In this document: one piece after another, positions 12,871-26,861 of the stretch
How the letters are laid out: each line of letters opens with the position of its first letter
Position numbering within the stretch: position 1 is the first letter of the stretch
Assembly (NCBI GenBank): GCA_000165425.1
Contig: CT868230.1
Coordinates: 62,001-126,000, forward strand
Direction of reading: 5' to 3'
Origin: Paramecium tetraurelia
Taxonomy: Eukaryota
Length of the DNA stretch: 64,000 bases
Made by a program: the position numbers and the translations under genes
The notes under the pieces: model-generated
The model's input: the letters and a program-made list of their open reading frames with translations, nothing else
Told to the model about the DNA's origin: nothing
The model's database searches: none

Positions 12871-15478
12871 TCATTAAACTAACTGCCAAGGACTCAAGCC
12901 ATCACAATTACGTATGTTTTGTGCTCCTTGTGCAATCAGGAGATCAGCAACTTTGTAGAATTGATAAGCGATGGCTTTATGCAGAGCAGTGTCTCCATCA
13001 TTCTTATTTAAATAATATATTAATACATTTTATAAATTGACTTGTGCTCCTTTTCGTAATAAGAATTCTACAATCTCAATATTCCCAGTCTATGCAGCCA
13101 TAATAAGATAAGTGTTGTTTCCTTTGAAACGTTCATTGATCATCAAATTTGGATTGTTGGTAAACTCTTCTTCAATCTAAAATTATGTATTAATATCAAG
13201 TACTTCTGCCAATTTTTACTCTTCAATGAGTAACTTGATTTTCTCGATTACCGCAATAGATTATCTTCTACGAGCTTCATTAATTTAAGTTCTCATTTAT
13301 AGAGAGTTTTTACTCATAGAAGATATGATAATAGGATTCCTTCTCTCTTGACTCTTGGTCATTAAAGTTTTCACTATCTCTTCCTCTTTTTAAGAAATAG
13401 GATTTGTTGTATTTTGCAAAGTCAAAGTAGCCTTCATTTTGTTTGATTAGGTAGTATTTAAATTACATGATTCTTTCAGGCTCATCTCATCCTGTGGAGA
13501 ATCACTTCTTCTTTGTACAACGCTGGTTTGACTTGAAGTAGCTTAAAGCAATTATTTAACAGGTTTCTAAACATTAGTTGTGTAATTGATTGTTTAATGT
13601 CGAGGTGAAGACATAATTATTTTTGTATTTGTTTTTTAATTTGATCTTTCACTTGGTGGAGATTGTTCACGATTTGATGTCCTTTTTTTAATAGGCTTAG
13701 CTGAATTAATCATGATTCTTGCCTTTTCAAATTTGCTAGTAGATTATTGCATTTGTATCTATTCGTCGAATTCAACCAAACCATAATCATGAGCCAGATT
13801 ATCAATTTCATATTCATCTTCAAATATGCCTGTCAAAATATCACTGTAGTGATGAATAAGTTTTTTAGATTGTTCCATTTGATCCTTTCTTTTGATACGT
13901 CTATACAAAGAGCTTACTTTTCTATTAATTTAATCATCATTATAGATATGCGAGGGATCTTTAACCATCTTGGAATCAATCAAAGAACATTGATCTTGGA
14001 GCATGATATTTCGAATGTCTGAATCTAAAGTGTTAATTATAAAGTTAAGATATGCAGCATTTATCATTTTGAGTTTCGATTAACATTGAATAATTTCATT
14101 GTCTCCTTCATCTTCAATAAAACTATCTAGATCATTTAAATAACAATCATCAAATGAGTAATCAAAATACTGAATTTAATAATTTTGAAATCTATTATAC
14201 TCTATGGAAATATAAAATAAGGGATTTGATAACTACTAGGTATAGATATTATTTTGATTGGTATAACAAGATTAGATTCGACTTGATTATTGGCTTTCAC
14301 ATATTTTTAGAATGTTGATTGAGGATCGCTTTTCTTGGATTAATTGTAAATGCACCAAGATATTTTCCTCTAATTTTATAAAGATTTGTGACATCTTGTT
14401 TTATAAATACATTTTCATAAACCTGCTAGTCTTACTTCATAAAATAATTACTTTTTATAAATTATAAAATTGATGAGTGTCATCTTCGTGTGCATTCTCT
14501 TGATCTGGAATACCAATAATCTTTAAAATGGATTTAGAGAATTTGGATGTCATTTTTTTGGGTTATGAGGAAATCTATGTTTACATCAAATTTACTTACA
14601 AACTACAATGCCTGCTTCAAGACATGTTTAGGTTTATCAGTGTATTCCTACACCTCCTCAATCTTATCTTCCAATTTCTTACAATAATCTGGGACATTGA
14701 ATTAGTAGACTCCTATTTAATTTTCTGGATTGCTCACAGAAATAGTCAGTTTTTTTTTATTGATTTGCATTGTGGGTTGCATAGTGGGTTTCATTTATTC
14801 CTTTTTTTCCTCAATTGGATCTAACAATGAAGTGCTCCCCACTTTATAAAGCTAAGTAGGCTAATTCTGGAGTTGAATAGTTGAGAGATGATTGGTAAAG
14901 GTAAATCGAGGACTTGTCATTTGAGTCTTAAAATTATCAGACAAGAAACTATTCTCATTTGTTTGAATGTCATTATGTTGAATATGACTAGTGGTTATGA
15001 TTTATCTCATGTTCTTCAGGAATATTTAGATGTTCTAGTTGTCTTCTTATTGCATATACTAATTCTCTATATTCAAACTCTACTTGAAAATCTTCTCTCT
15101 CTATCGATCTTTAAATGTGAGTGGTCCTTCTAATGTAAAAAGGGTTTACTCCTCCTTTCTTAATTTTCCTTCTGAGATAATGTTCTTGAACTTTTCAGAA
15201 GCAATCACTTAGAAAAGAGACTATTGATTCTTCTTTTCGCAATCTAGAACACTCCCCTAAGTTTTCAGCGATGTTCCTTTGAAGACCTTCCTTGCAACTA
15301 CTCTGCCACTCAATGGAGTTGGCACCTATATCTAAGGACTCTATTCTAAAGGCAGAGGAGCTAAAGCATTCTTCAAAAATGATCTTTGCGTGATTCTACT
15401 TATAAAGAAAGTCTTGGTATTTGAAACTTCTTACACGGTATGTAGGGATTTGACTTTGCTGTGACCCTTGCTTCTCAT
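12871..15478 (-). CDS. Large protein with C-terminal ankyrin repeats
   Basis: Continuous table-6 frame with four introns ending GNNTYLIMAAQTGNIEIVEFLLRKGAQVNLQNNDGDTALHKAIAYQFYKVADLLIAQGA...GLSPWQL. Confidence 0.85.
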
Positions 15479-15679
15479 TTTATTATAATAAAAATGCGAT
15501 TTAACATTTGTAAACAAATTATTTAGAAGATTACCCATCCTTTCTAATAAATAAAAGAAATGTGAAGAAAATATAAATTTATACATTAATTTAATTTTAT
15601 CATCCTAAGAATGAATAATAAATTGTCGATATTATTGTTATTGTCGCTAGCAGTAGAATAGAGAAGTTTATAATACAAT

Positions 15680-17082
15680 TCAAATTACAAATAGGTTCAT
15701 CATCACCTTAAGCTATAAAATTTATACACCCAAAATATTACATGAATTATTCAATTAAACACTACCCAATTCGCTTGAGACACTCTTGTTCATCGTCAAT
15801 GGACTTGAACTGTTTTAATGCATGGATAAGGCAACCTTCTTAATGCATTTATGTTTTGCATGCTAAAATATTACTTATCTAATTTCAATTACCTTTTAAG
15901 GTATCATTTTCCTCTTGAATTACAGCTTAGCCAATTCTTATCGAGCTTTCTCTTGTTATTGAATCTGAGTTGCTTTATCCACAATGCTCCATTAATTCTG
16001 CTTGAGCCATTCCCTAATGTCTTCCAAGTTCTACTCCTAAATTCTCTTAAATTCATTCTGCACTTGTGGATCCAACAGATCTATACCAAACTTCTGAGCG
16101 AATTGATATAACTTCTTCGATAAATAACTATACACATTACTTTCTTGGGCCTATTAAAATCCAATTGAGATATCTTCTCTAGTTGTTTCTTTGCTATCAA
16201 TGCCTTTTGTAGTTTATCCTTCAGGTCTTCTGCTTCCTTTATCTAACCATTCTATTAGTAGGTCTTCACCATTTCCATTCCTCTGGTTTCAATAAATCGC
16301 CCTAATTCCTAAACCTCCTTCGGTATAGGTTTCTTTGGGTCCAACTCATAGCTAAGCTCTTAATCGTTGTCTTGATATGCAAATTAGGCCATGAAATCCT
16401 GGGGTAACTCCTCATCCTCATAGACATCATATTGAGTTGTGTCTTATTGATCGTAAAGTTCTTTGTCGCTATCCTGCTCTTCGAACCTTTTCAATTGTGT
16501 TTTAACCATCTCGTAGACTTTGGTTATGCCTTCATTAAGAGGATCCAACTGCTGGGCGAATTTGAGATCCTTGCAAATCATTTAACAATCCAATTGAGTT
16601 ACTTGCTCTGATAAAAACCGAGACTTATTTATCTAAAAGTTTAGTACCTAAGCTCTTAAAATAAAGGCCCCTGCGCACAGAGGATTCAATTATTGCCAAT
16701 AATCGCACATCTTAGTGCAAGCTGCTTGTTCATGCAAAACATAATAGCATTTACCCATCAATTCGAATAACCTATTCCAAAGGTCTTAAAAGCAAACTTA
16801 ATTAAAAATGTATACCTTTTATTTATTATTGCTCAGGGTAGTGTCTACAATTCAAATCTTCGAATTTAGTATCCTCCCATCGTTTTGACTGTTTGGCATC
16901 TGCAAACACAGACATGCAGGTCTCTAATTAATCAATTGCGTTTTAATATTGGTCTATAGTATTATATATTGTGCGGTACTTAGATTAAAGAATTTTTAGC
17001 CTCTTTCGAATAATAGTTCGTAGATTTTCATTTTTTATGAGAAAGATTGACGTGATAATTGCTTAAAAGCTAGACGAAGCAT
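15680..17082 (-). CDS. TPR-containing protein, probably mitochondrial; 3' end uncertain
   Basis: N-terminus MLRLAFKQLSRQSFSQ (Arg/Ser-rich, no acidic residues); TPR-like GQKFFNLNQYQNAIDQLE, LNPLCAGAFILRAQSRF, KDLKFAQQLDPLNEGI; four introns. Confidence 0.65.
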
Positions 17083-17569
17083 TTATTAGTTTATTATTTA
17101 ATTAAAAATCTTAGATTTTCTGTCCAAGTTTTGATAAAATATTTGCTTCAATAAAGAGGAGATCTTCAAAATTTGATCTCCTTAATTTTGGTTATTAGAC
17201 AGAACTCTTCAATAACGACTACAAGGTTTTCATTTAAATGATAATTATCTTAAATAATAATGTCAACTAATTTTTGTTAATCAATGTGATTCCTACTTAG
17301 CGTGATTAGTAAAAATGTCCCTGATGTTGGATTGGCATCCTGAACCCAAGTAATTGTACAGACAGTAATTATGTATTGCAATTTCACTTACTTATGGTTT
17401 TAGAACACATAGCTAATTTGTGATTGGAGAGATTGAATAATCTTGTTGAATGTCATTATGAGAAAAATAAATGTAAGAGAACTCAACCAACCAAAATGCA
17501 ATTGTTAGATTAATATTCATAATAGATAATGAATTATTATTATAAATAGTTAATTTATAATTATTACTT

Positions 17570-18769
<1,200 letters not shown>

Positions 18770-18786
18770 TTTAAAATTATAATACA

Positions 18787-19407
18787 TCATTTGAGATGTT
18801 TCAAATCTGAACTTGATTCTATATTCTTGACCATGATTCCTAATTGATTGTTTATCTCAATTAATTGAGGCAAGGTGCACTTGAACACAATGTCCTTGTC
18901 TTTGTTGTCTGTTGATTTAGTGTGCAATTATATTTTATATATTTCCTAATACACTTTATTAGCATATTTCGATGAAACCACGATTTCCTATTGCCAATCA
19001 ACATCTACTAAGTAATTGAAGCCTATTTTCGATTCAAAATTGGCTGCTATGATGGCATTATCAGGATCATTGACAAATTGCTTGAATTAAGTAAACTTCT
19101 TTATATATCCATCTACGATAGTCTGATCAAATCCATAATCATATAGATTTGTAGTGATTTCAATTTCCATTAATTGCAATTTGATGCATTGAACTGTGAA
19201 TAGTAAAATTAAGTTGAACAACTCATTTGTTAAAGGTTCTGTGTTCAATTGATCCAATATTTTTGTATTGTTTTCTTCTCCAGCCAAATTCATAAATACA
19301 CATTTAGATAGCCTATCAAAATTTTATTAAGTAAATGGATCCTTTGCTAATTAAGTCAAACCCTTTGCTACTTCTTCAGGAATATTTTTGGTTTCCTAAA
19401 TATTCAT
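18787..19407 (-). CDS. COMM-domain protein (COMMD family)
   Basis: Intronless 206-aa ORF with C-terminal LVDVDWQQEIVVSSKYANKV...IQLHTK...IVFKCTLPQLIEINNQL, matching the COMM domain pattern and size. Confidence 0.8.
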
Positions 19408-19901
19408 TTTTTCTGATTTTATTTATACGTCGAATAATTTTATATGCTTATTTTAGTTTATATTGAATTAGAATAGAAATCTCTAGAATCTTAGTAGAAG
19501 TATTTGCTCTACATTGAACTATAAATAAAATGAAATAGAACAAATTAAAGGTAATTCTATTTATAATGATATTAAAAATAACAATTAAACTGATTAATAC
19601 TATATATCATTAGTAATTATCAATCTATTCTACTTTCATCATTTAATTAAGCCTAAAATTTTTCTCAATCATTTAAGCTCACCTCACACTCAAAAATTAC
19701 TGAATTCTTTCTTAAAGCTAAATCTATTAAATAGGAATATTAAAAACACAAAAAAATCTTAGCTTTTACCTTGAAATAATGATGATTTTGATGAGGATAA
19801 TCTAAGTGTGGAGTATTTGAGGTTTGTCTTTAATCTAATTGTGTTCATTTAATTTTGTAAAATTAGTTAGATTAGTAAGTATATGTTAATTTAAATAATA
19901 T

Positions 19902-21106
19902 ATGGGCAATTGTTGCAAATAAACTGGTTAAAAGAATTTCTCTTCAATTCAACTTAATGACCTCTTACAAAGAAAATCTCTGCTTCTTGAGTAATTGGAA
20001 GTAATTGAATAATTTAACTTCAGCAACTTTAAAATCCAGTTTATAATCAGACTTCTCTTTAGCTAAAGATGATAACTTGGATTAAGGATTCTCATGATCT
20101 TTTTGATTATGAGAACTCCAATCGAATAGCTTAATCTCTGACAATCAATTCCTCTATTAAATTGTATAGAGATAAAACTAGTGGGAAAATCTAATCGGCT
20201 TAGTAGGGGAAAACACTGATCAGAATTGAAAATAGACAGAATTGTTTTTGGATTGAGCCAAGAGTAAGTGATTTAGTGTAATCATTAGCTAACAAAAAGC
20301 GATGATCATCATGTTTGGTTGGTTATAAAATCAATTTAATAATAAGAGAATGGTGTGAAATTACAATATAATGATGTGATAAGAGTGGGGAAGGTTGAAA
20401 TAAAATTGAAGGAACTTCATTTCGATGTGGGTGAGAGAAAACTAGATGAAAGAGAGACAATTCTCAGTTAGAGTATGGATGAACAACGGTGTCGAATTTG
20501 TCTATTGAGTTCTGAAAGCCTGGATGATCCAAAGATTGAGCCATGTAATTGTTCTGGAACTATGGCTTTGATTCATTTGAGGTGTTTATAACATTGGATT
20601 GTAACTAAATACAACATGGAAAATAGTAACACCATAGTATTTTTGTGGGATTAGATGAAATGTGAATTGTGTAAAAGTAATTTTAAGAGAAAATTGCAAC
20701 TCAATGGTCAAGAAGTTGATTTGGTGGAATTAAGTAAGAGATAATTCCAGAGTTATGCAGTATTGGAAATGAAGAAGCCATTGATAAAATCAAAGGAAAG
20801 ATTGACATATATTCTCAATTTGGAAAAACTTGAGTAATTCAAGATTGGAAGAGCCAACGATAATCACATTCGTTTATGCGATATTAGTGTGAGCAGGTTT
20901 CATTGCAAATTAATATTGGTACAAATGTGTATTGTATTGTGTAGCACAAATAAGAGTTTTATATATAAGATAACAATTCTAAATTTGGCACTCTCCTTAA
21001 GTTGAAGTAATCGATGCCGTTGTTGAAGGAGTTTTAGAACGTACAAGTTTAGGTTGGACGAACGTTGTTTGAATTCGAGAACGTAAGCAACGGTTACTCC
21101 AAATGA
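19902..21106 (+). CDS. RING-variant (C4HC3) plus FHA domain protein, putative E3 ligase
   Basis: MGNCC N-terminus; TWIKDSHDLFDYE; CRICLL...PCNCSGTMALIHLRCLQHWI...CELCK; FKIGRANDNHIRLCDISVSRFHC...DNNSKFGTL. Confidence 0.9.
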
Positions 21107-21121
21107 TTATTAAATTAATTA

Positions 21122-24100
21122 ATGTCATTTTCTGAATAATAAGGTTAAGAGCTGCAGATTAGGAAGGCAGATTTGGATGATTACGACGAGATCATGTAAT
21201 TGATGCAGGAAGAGGGAGAAGAGGACTTATAATAACTCTACGCATATCCCAAGATTCTTACATTATTTGAGAGATCCTATTTGTCAGTCACAGTGCTTGA
21301 TTCATAGAATAATATTATAGGCAGTGCAGTCTTTGATGATTGTCCTTAGGGTGTTACCGGATAAGTGGACTTCAAACATGAGAATTTGTGGGAATAATGG
21401 ATTCATGATGGATGGGACATCGGCTTTCATGTGAGTTCATTCAACTGTCTTTGGATGACTTTCTTTTTTCTTGGTATTCTTTCTATATCTAGATCTAGCT
21501 AAGAAGCGATTCCAATTGACTGAAGACCAACAGTTACAGATCACCAAACAAATCTTTCAAAAGGTCTATGATTATTTGAATGTCGTCAATGGGATCTTCT
21601 TTTTGAGAAGGAGTGAAGCAATTGATGCTGCTCAATAAGAATTAGATATCGCATTAGAGAATTTATTTGAAATTCTCCCAAAAAGACAAGATTTCAAATT
21701 GAAAGTATGCAAAAGGTCTAAAATAATAGTTCATGCAAGGAGTGAATCAGAATTGTGAGATCTTCTATTCGGCATCTTCTATGGTAACTGAATTATTGGA
21801 AATTCGTATGGCACGTGAAGAGGATCATGATGATTTGGCTGCTATCTTTAATCGTCAATCAGATGTACACACTGAAGAATTTGGTGAATTTTTTATTGCT
21901 GATTTAATTGCAACTCAGAATCAAACCAGAAGATAAGCTAGGAATTATAGAAGTGATGGAAAGGCCATTGTAGGATAAGTTGGGGACAAGGCAGTTGGAT
22001 TGATGAGTATTTCAAGTGATATCGAGTAAGGAATCTAGTCTAAATTAGTTATCGTCTACTAGGGTAGTGTTTCGATTTAGAAGTGTTTGACAATCTCTAT
22101 AAATCAGAATATATGGAAGCTATAAGAAATAGGTTGGATTAATTGGCACTCGAAGAGTAAATCAATAAGTAGATCACTAATTATAAGAAGCACATCGAAT
22201 TAACCAAAGAGGCTATGAAATGTCATATAATTGGACAAAGACTCTATTTACAATAGTATTGTTTTGATAGAGATTAGGAGATCAAGCAAAAGATTGATGA
22301 TTATGGGTAAGAAGACTTAGCTAAAACACTTACATAATAGGTTGTGACCAATATGATTAACGGGTGGTTGAAGGATTATCAAGTATTCAAACCCAGTGAT
22401 CTATTTCTTGAATATCCTGATTCATTCAAAGATTTAGAATGCATTACCATTAAACCAATCCAAGTTTTATTGGAAGCACTTGAATTCTTTGGATTACCCA
22501 AAGGATATATGAATGGAGAAGGCCATTGGAAAGATTGGGCCAAGAAGAAGGAGGAAGAGTAAAAGGCTCTTTCTCTCAAAAGACCTAAAAGATAACAGAA
22601 GAAAACCAATAAAAAAGCAAAGAAGGAGGATAAGGATGAAGACATCTTCAAACCACCACCTTATTTTGATTTAGGACCATTTTTATTAGCTTTTACTAAA
22701 TTTACATCAGTATCAGCTGAAACTAGAGCACAGTTCAGAAAATAAATAGAATCAAGAGTCAAAGAATTAATCATGGAATTCTGTACTGAAAATGGAGAAA
22801 TGGATCCTAGTCGTCACATAGATTTAATTGAATTTCCAGATGTACTAAGAAATAAAGGATTTGACATTGGAGCACCGATGGGAGAGAATCTGGCATTCAT
22901 ACTAGAATGTTTTGGTGAATTAGAAGTGGACAATAGGATTGTGTAAAAAATAAAGGAAGAAAAAGATGCCAAAAAGAAGGATGCCAATCTTAAGAAAGTT
23001 GGTGATGATGCACCTAAACCTGTTGATGTTTTGTAGAAAATGACTTCATATAGTGAATTCATTGGGGCTATTTAAAAACTAAAAAATTATGATTAAATGA
23101 TGTGCAGATTGTAATTAGTACGATCAAATACATTACAGACTGAAGTTGAAGAAATTATATAAGATGAATAAAATAAAATTACTAATCTTGAGAGAGCTAA
23201 AAATGTTGAAAGGAATTAAACTTAATTTGATGAACATGTATCCTAGATTCTGAATCTATTGATTAACTCCCAGAAGTCCCTAAAGCAGCTCAAAATGCTG
23301 TTGTTATCAATCTATTTTGCATAGATGAACGATTTGAATCAAGATCACTTGATTTTGTAGAAAGAGCCTTTGAACTCTTCCCTGATCGAGAGTATCTTAT
23401 TTTAACATAACCATACACAGTCTAAGAGACTACTCTGTTATCACACTTTCTATAAGTATCAAGGAAGAAACACTCAACTTTTGAACATGTTTTGTATATA
23501 TTCCACAGAAACAGTTTAGATTCTCATTTGATTGAATTAAGAAAGTTCAATTAAAGTGAATGGAACTAATGTCAGTTTTTGGTTGAAAATCTATTGGGAA
23601 AAGAGAACATTGAAAAAGATGTCAGAAATGTAAATGATAATGAGACATTTATTGTCTATTGCAAAGATGAAATAATTGGATTGTATTGCATGAAGAAATA
23701 TGTCAATCTCTAATACTTGAAATCTCACTTCTGTATACAAGATCACGTATTAATTAAGGAGCATCCTAAACATTTGCATACTCGATTATTACATGGAATC
23801 TTGAATCCATTGTTTGCTAAACAAACAAGATTTATTTTAAGAGAAATTTGCAGATTGATGGATAAGACATGTATAATGTTAGAGATTCATGATCGTACTC
23901 TCTTGCCAGATATATTCCATGAATTCAATTTTGTGAGAAGTCGAGCATTTCCTCATTTCTTGAAGTAGAAATGGGATTGGACTCTTGACGATGATTAAAA
24001 AGAACGTATGGGCACAATTCTAGATGATCGTGATCCATAAGATTAGACTCAATCCCCCTTTTCATTAGCGATGCTTACCAAAAAATAACTATCTAATGTT

Positions 24101-26107
24101 AAAATCTCCAATAATTCTCGCATTGTAGTAGTAGGGGCATCTGATACTGGATTGTCTTTTATTGAATCATTACTTACTATAAAGGATATTCACTTTACCA
24201 ATATCATTTTATTGGCTCCTGGAGGATTGATAACCATGCATGTTAAACATGAATTTGAAATGCTAAAAGCTATGAGTACCAATTATACATTGGAAGAATT
24301 AAGAGCGTTGATGATAGATGCTAGAGTGCAGGTAGTTGATGCTAAAATGGTAAAGTTGGATAAAAAGGGAAATCGAATTAAAATTGATAAAAATGCATTC
24401 ATTCCTTTTGATTATCTCATAATCACCGTTGGTTTGATTGATACTGAATTGCAATCAAGAGAAAAGATTAGTTTTGGTCTATCTAAATCTCCCTATTACA
24501 AAAATTCATAATTTATAAATGGAGTCTATAGCATAGATGATCCATACCTATACTCCCATTTCAAAAGAACCGGATTCAAAGGAAGTAACATTGATTTGTT
24601 AACAAGAAAGAAAAAGCCATAAAATATAACAATTTATGGTAACAACGTTGACCACCATTACATTCATGAATGGGTTACTCAATAGAGGTGTTCATCCATC
24701 TCGTATTAATTATGTTATGCCACCCAAAACATTTTAGAAATAAACCAGATTTGAGAACAATAAATAACGACTTGAATAGGAGGACAAAATGATCTTTGAT
24801 CCAGATTAATTTGAAAATGAAGAAGTCAAAAATAAAGTATTCGACATTATGGTAAAATTGGGCATAAAGATACATTAAGGATTCACCTTGTATGAATTAA
24901 AAGTAGGGAAGGAAGGATTTGGATTAAATAGTGAAGATGTACTATAGGAAGTCATCTTTAGGAAGTAAGCAGACAATTATGAAGAGTTGAAAATAGAGAT
25001 TCAGAGGAAAGAGCAAGAACTTTAAGAGTTGAAGGACAATTCGGAAAACAATATGAGCAAAGACATGTATGGAGAATAGGAAGAAGGAGAAAATTAGTTA
25101 GAAGTACTAGCTAGAGAAATTGAATAACTCAAGGCAAGTGAATATGATTACTTGTAATTGGATTCAAGATTCTTCATCACAAGTGGATTAATTGACATTG
25201 ACAAAGAAATCTTCCATATCATTCATGAAAATGGGTTAGTGTACAATGGTAGATTGATTGTAAAGAGTAATTTTCAAACTACTTAAGAAAATATATTTGC
25301 TTGTGGTAAGATTTGTGAGTTCTCTCAAAGATACAAACATCATTCTGTCGGAAAGAGTTTAAGATTAGATAAATATAATGGTAGGGAACTCGGTTAAAAA
25401 CTAAGTAAATGCATTTTGGAACAATTAAATTTGAGTTATCTAACATCCCAAACTTATTCAGTTGATGAATTGCCTTAGCTGTACATGCCTATTGGTTAAG
25501 GTGGTATAGTCCCCCACAAACTTTATTATTATTACATTAAAAAGAATGACTTTTCAAAACCTAGACAATTACAATAATAACCATCCAAACCCATAGTGTC
25601 TGATAACTTTAAGGATTCTCAAGGCCATTTCTTATAATTTGATGTTGATCCTAATGGACTCATAGAGAGTCTCACTTATTTTGGTTCTGAGGCAGTCCAT
25701 ATACCAAGTTTAATACACTTCATTGAACTATCAGTGAGATATTTGAACAGATTGGATTAGAGAGGCAAATTGATTAGCAATGTGTCTGAGTTTCTCTCTG
25801 AAAATTGGGCCATAGCTCTTTATCATGAATGGTTTAGTGAATTTAGACACATTACTAAGAGTGAAATGTTGAAAAATGAACTCATTGATCAAGTGCTTGA
25901 GAAATCATAAGAAGATGCCAGAGAAGGTCGTTACATGGATGACAATTTCTTTGAAGATATCAAAAAGCTTGATCACCAGAGACATACGTCGAAAATATAC
26001 AAGTAAATTATGTATCAATAATTCTATAGGAAGGTACCATCGAATTTATCAGATAAAATTAGAACCACTTACCTATGTACTTTGTTCCAAAAAAGAAACT
26101 TAATTGA
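21122..26107 (+). CDS. CFAP61: Cilia- and flagella-associated protein 61 (radial spoke/CSC component); two apparent frameshifts in this sequence
   Basis: EIRMAREEDHDDL...EEFGEFFIADLI, NAVVINLFCIDERFESRSLDF, NNSRIVVVGASDTGLSFIESLL, GLVYNGRLIVKSNFQTT...IFACG, ENWAIALYHEWF; four introns; frame changes near 23250 and 24641. Confidence 0.92.
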
Positions 26108-26130
26108 AATAATAATTGAAATAAAATATT

Positions 26131-26565
26131 ATGAGTAAAAATTCAAGGTTTTCATTCCCCAAAGCTCCTCGCTTCCCCTTACTTCGTAAAGTAAATGATA
26201 CCCCGTTTTATGACATACCATCCACAATCAAAAAGCGTTCTATTAGTCTCGGGGAGAGATTACCAATAAAAATTACAGCCAACACACCCTCTCCTCAGCA
26301 TTATGCACTTTAAGATACAAAATCTCAAATGAAAAAATCATTCGGGATAGGCAGAGACGTAAGCTATATTCTAACTTAGAGAATGTATCAACCGATGAAA
26401 TCTTTAAGTCAAACACCAGGCCCTCAAGTTTATAAACTTCCAAACACTCTTAAAAAAATCAGTTATTCCATACGTCCTCGTTTGAAAATATAAACCGAAT
26501 CTTCCATAACCCCAGGGCCAGGATCATATCATATTGCTGCTAGTCGACTAAAAACTATCCTTTGA
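26131..26565 (+). CDS. ODF3/STPG (Shippo PGP-repeat) family ciliary protein
   Basis: FSFPKAPRF, TPSPQHY, SFGIGRE, TPGPQVY, TPGPGSY repeats; intron 26359-26379. Confidence 0.8.
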
Positions 26566-26861
26566 GTATGAAAATTAATAATCTTATCCTTTTGATTAGT
26601 AATTCAATTAGAAATTCTAGATTTCTCATGTCATCATCATCATATTCATATATGTAATGTTTATATATATATGTATCTGTTTATCACGAATAGTTTATAA
26701 TTATACTTTTAATTATTTCTATCTTAATAAACAGAGAATCTTCTAATCAACCTTACATAGTTTTTCCTAATTTTTAAAACGTTATAATTATAGTGTATTT
26801 TTTATTATAGAGTTGTTGAGATATTATAAAATTAATCAAGTTAAATAAAATATTAAAAAGT

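Noticed and set aside
17280..17350. Possible box C/D snoRNA (TGAT...CTGA elements)
   Set aside because: No canonical RTGATGA box C or terminal stem could be supported
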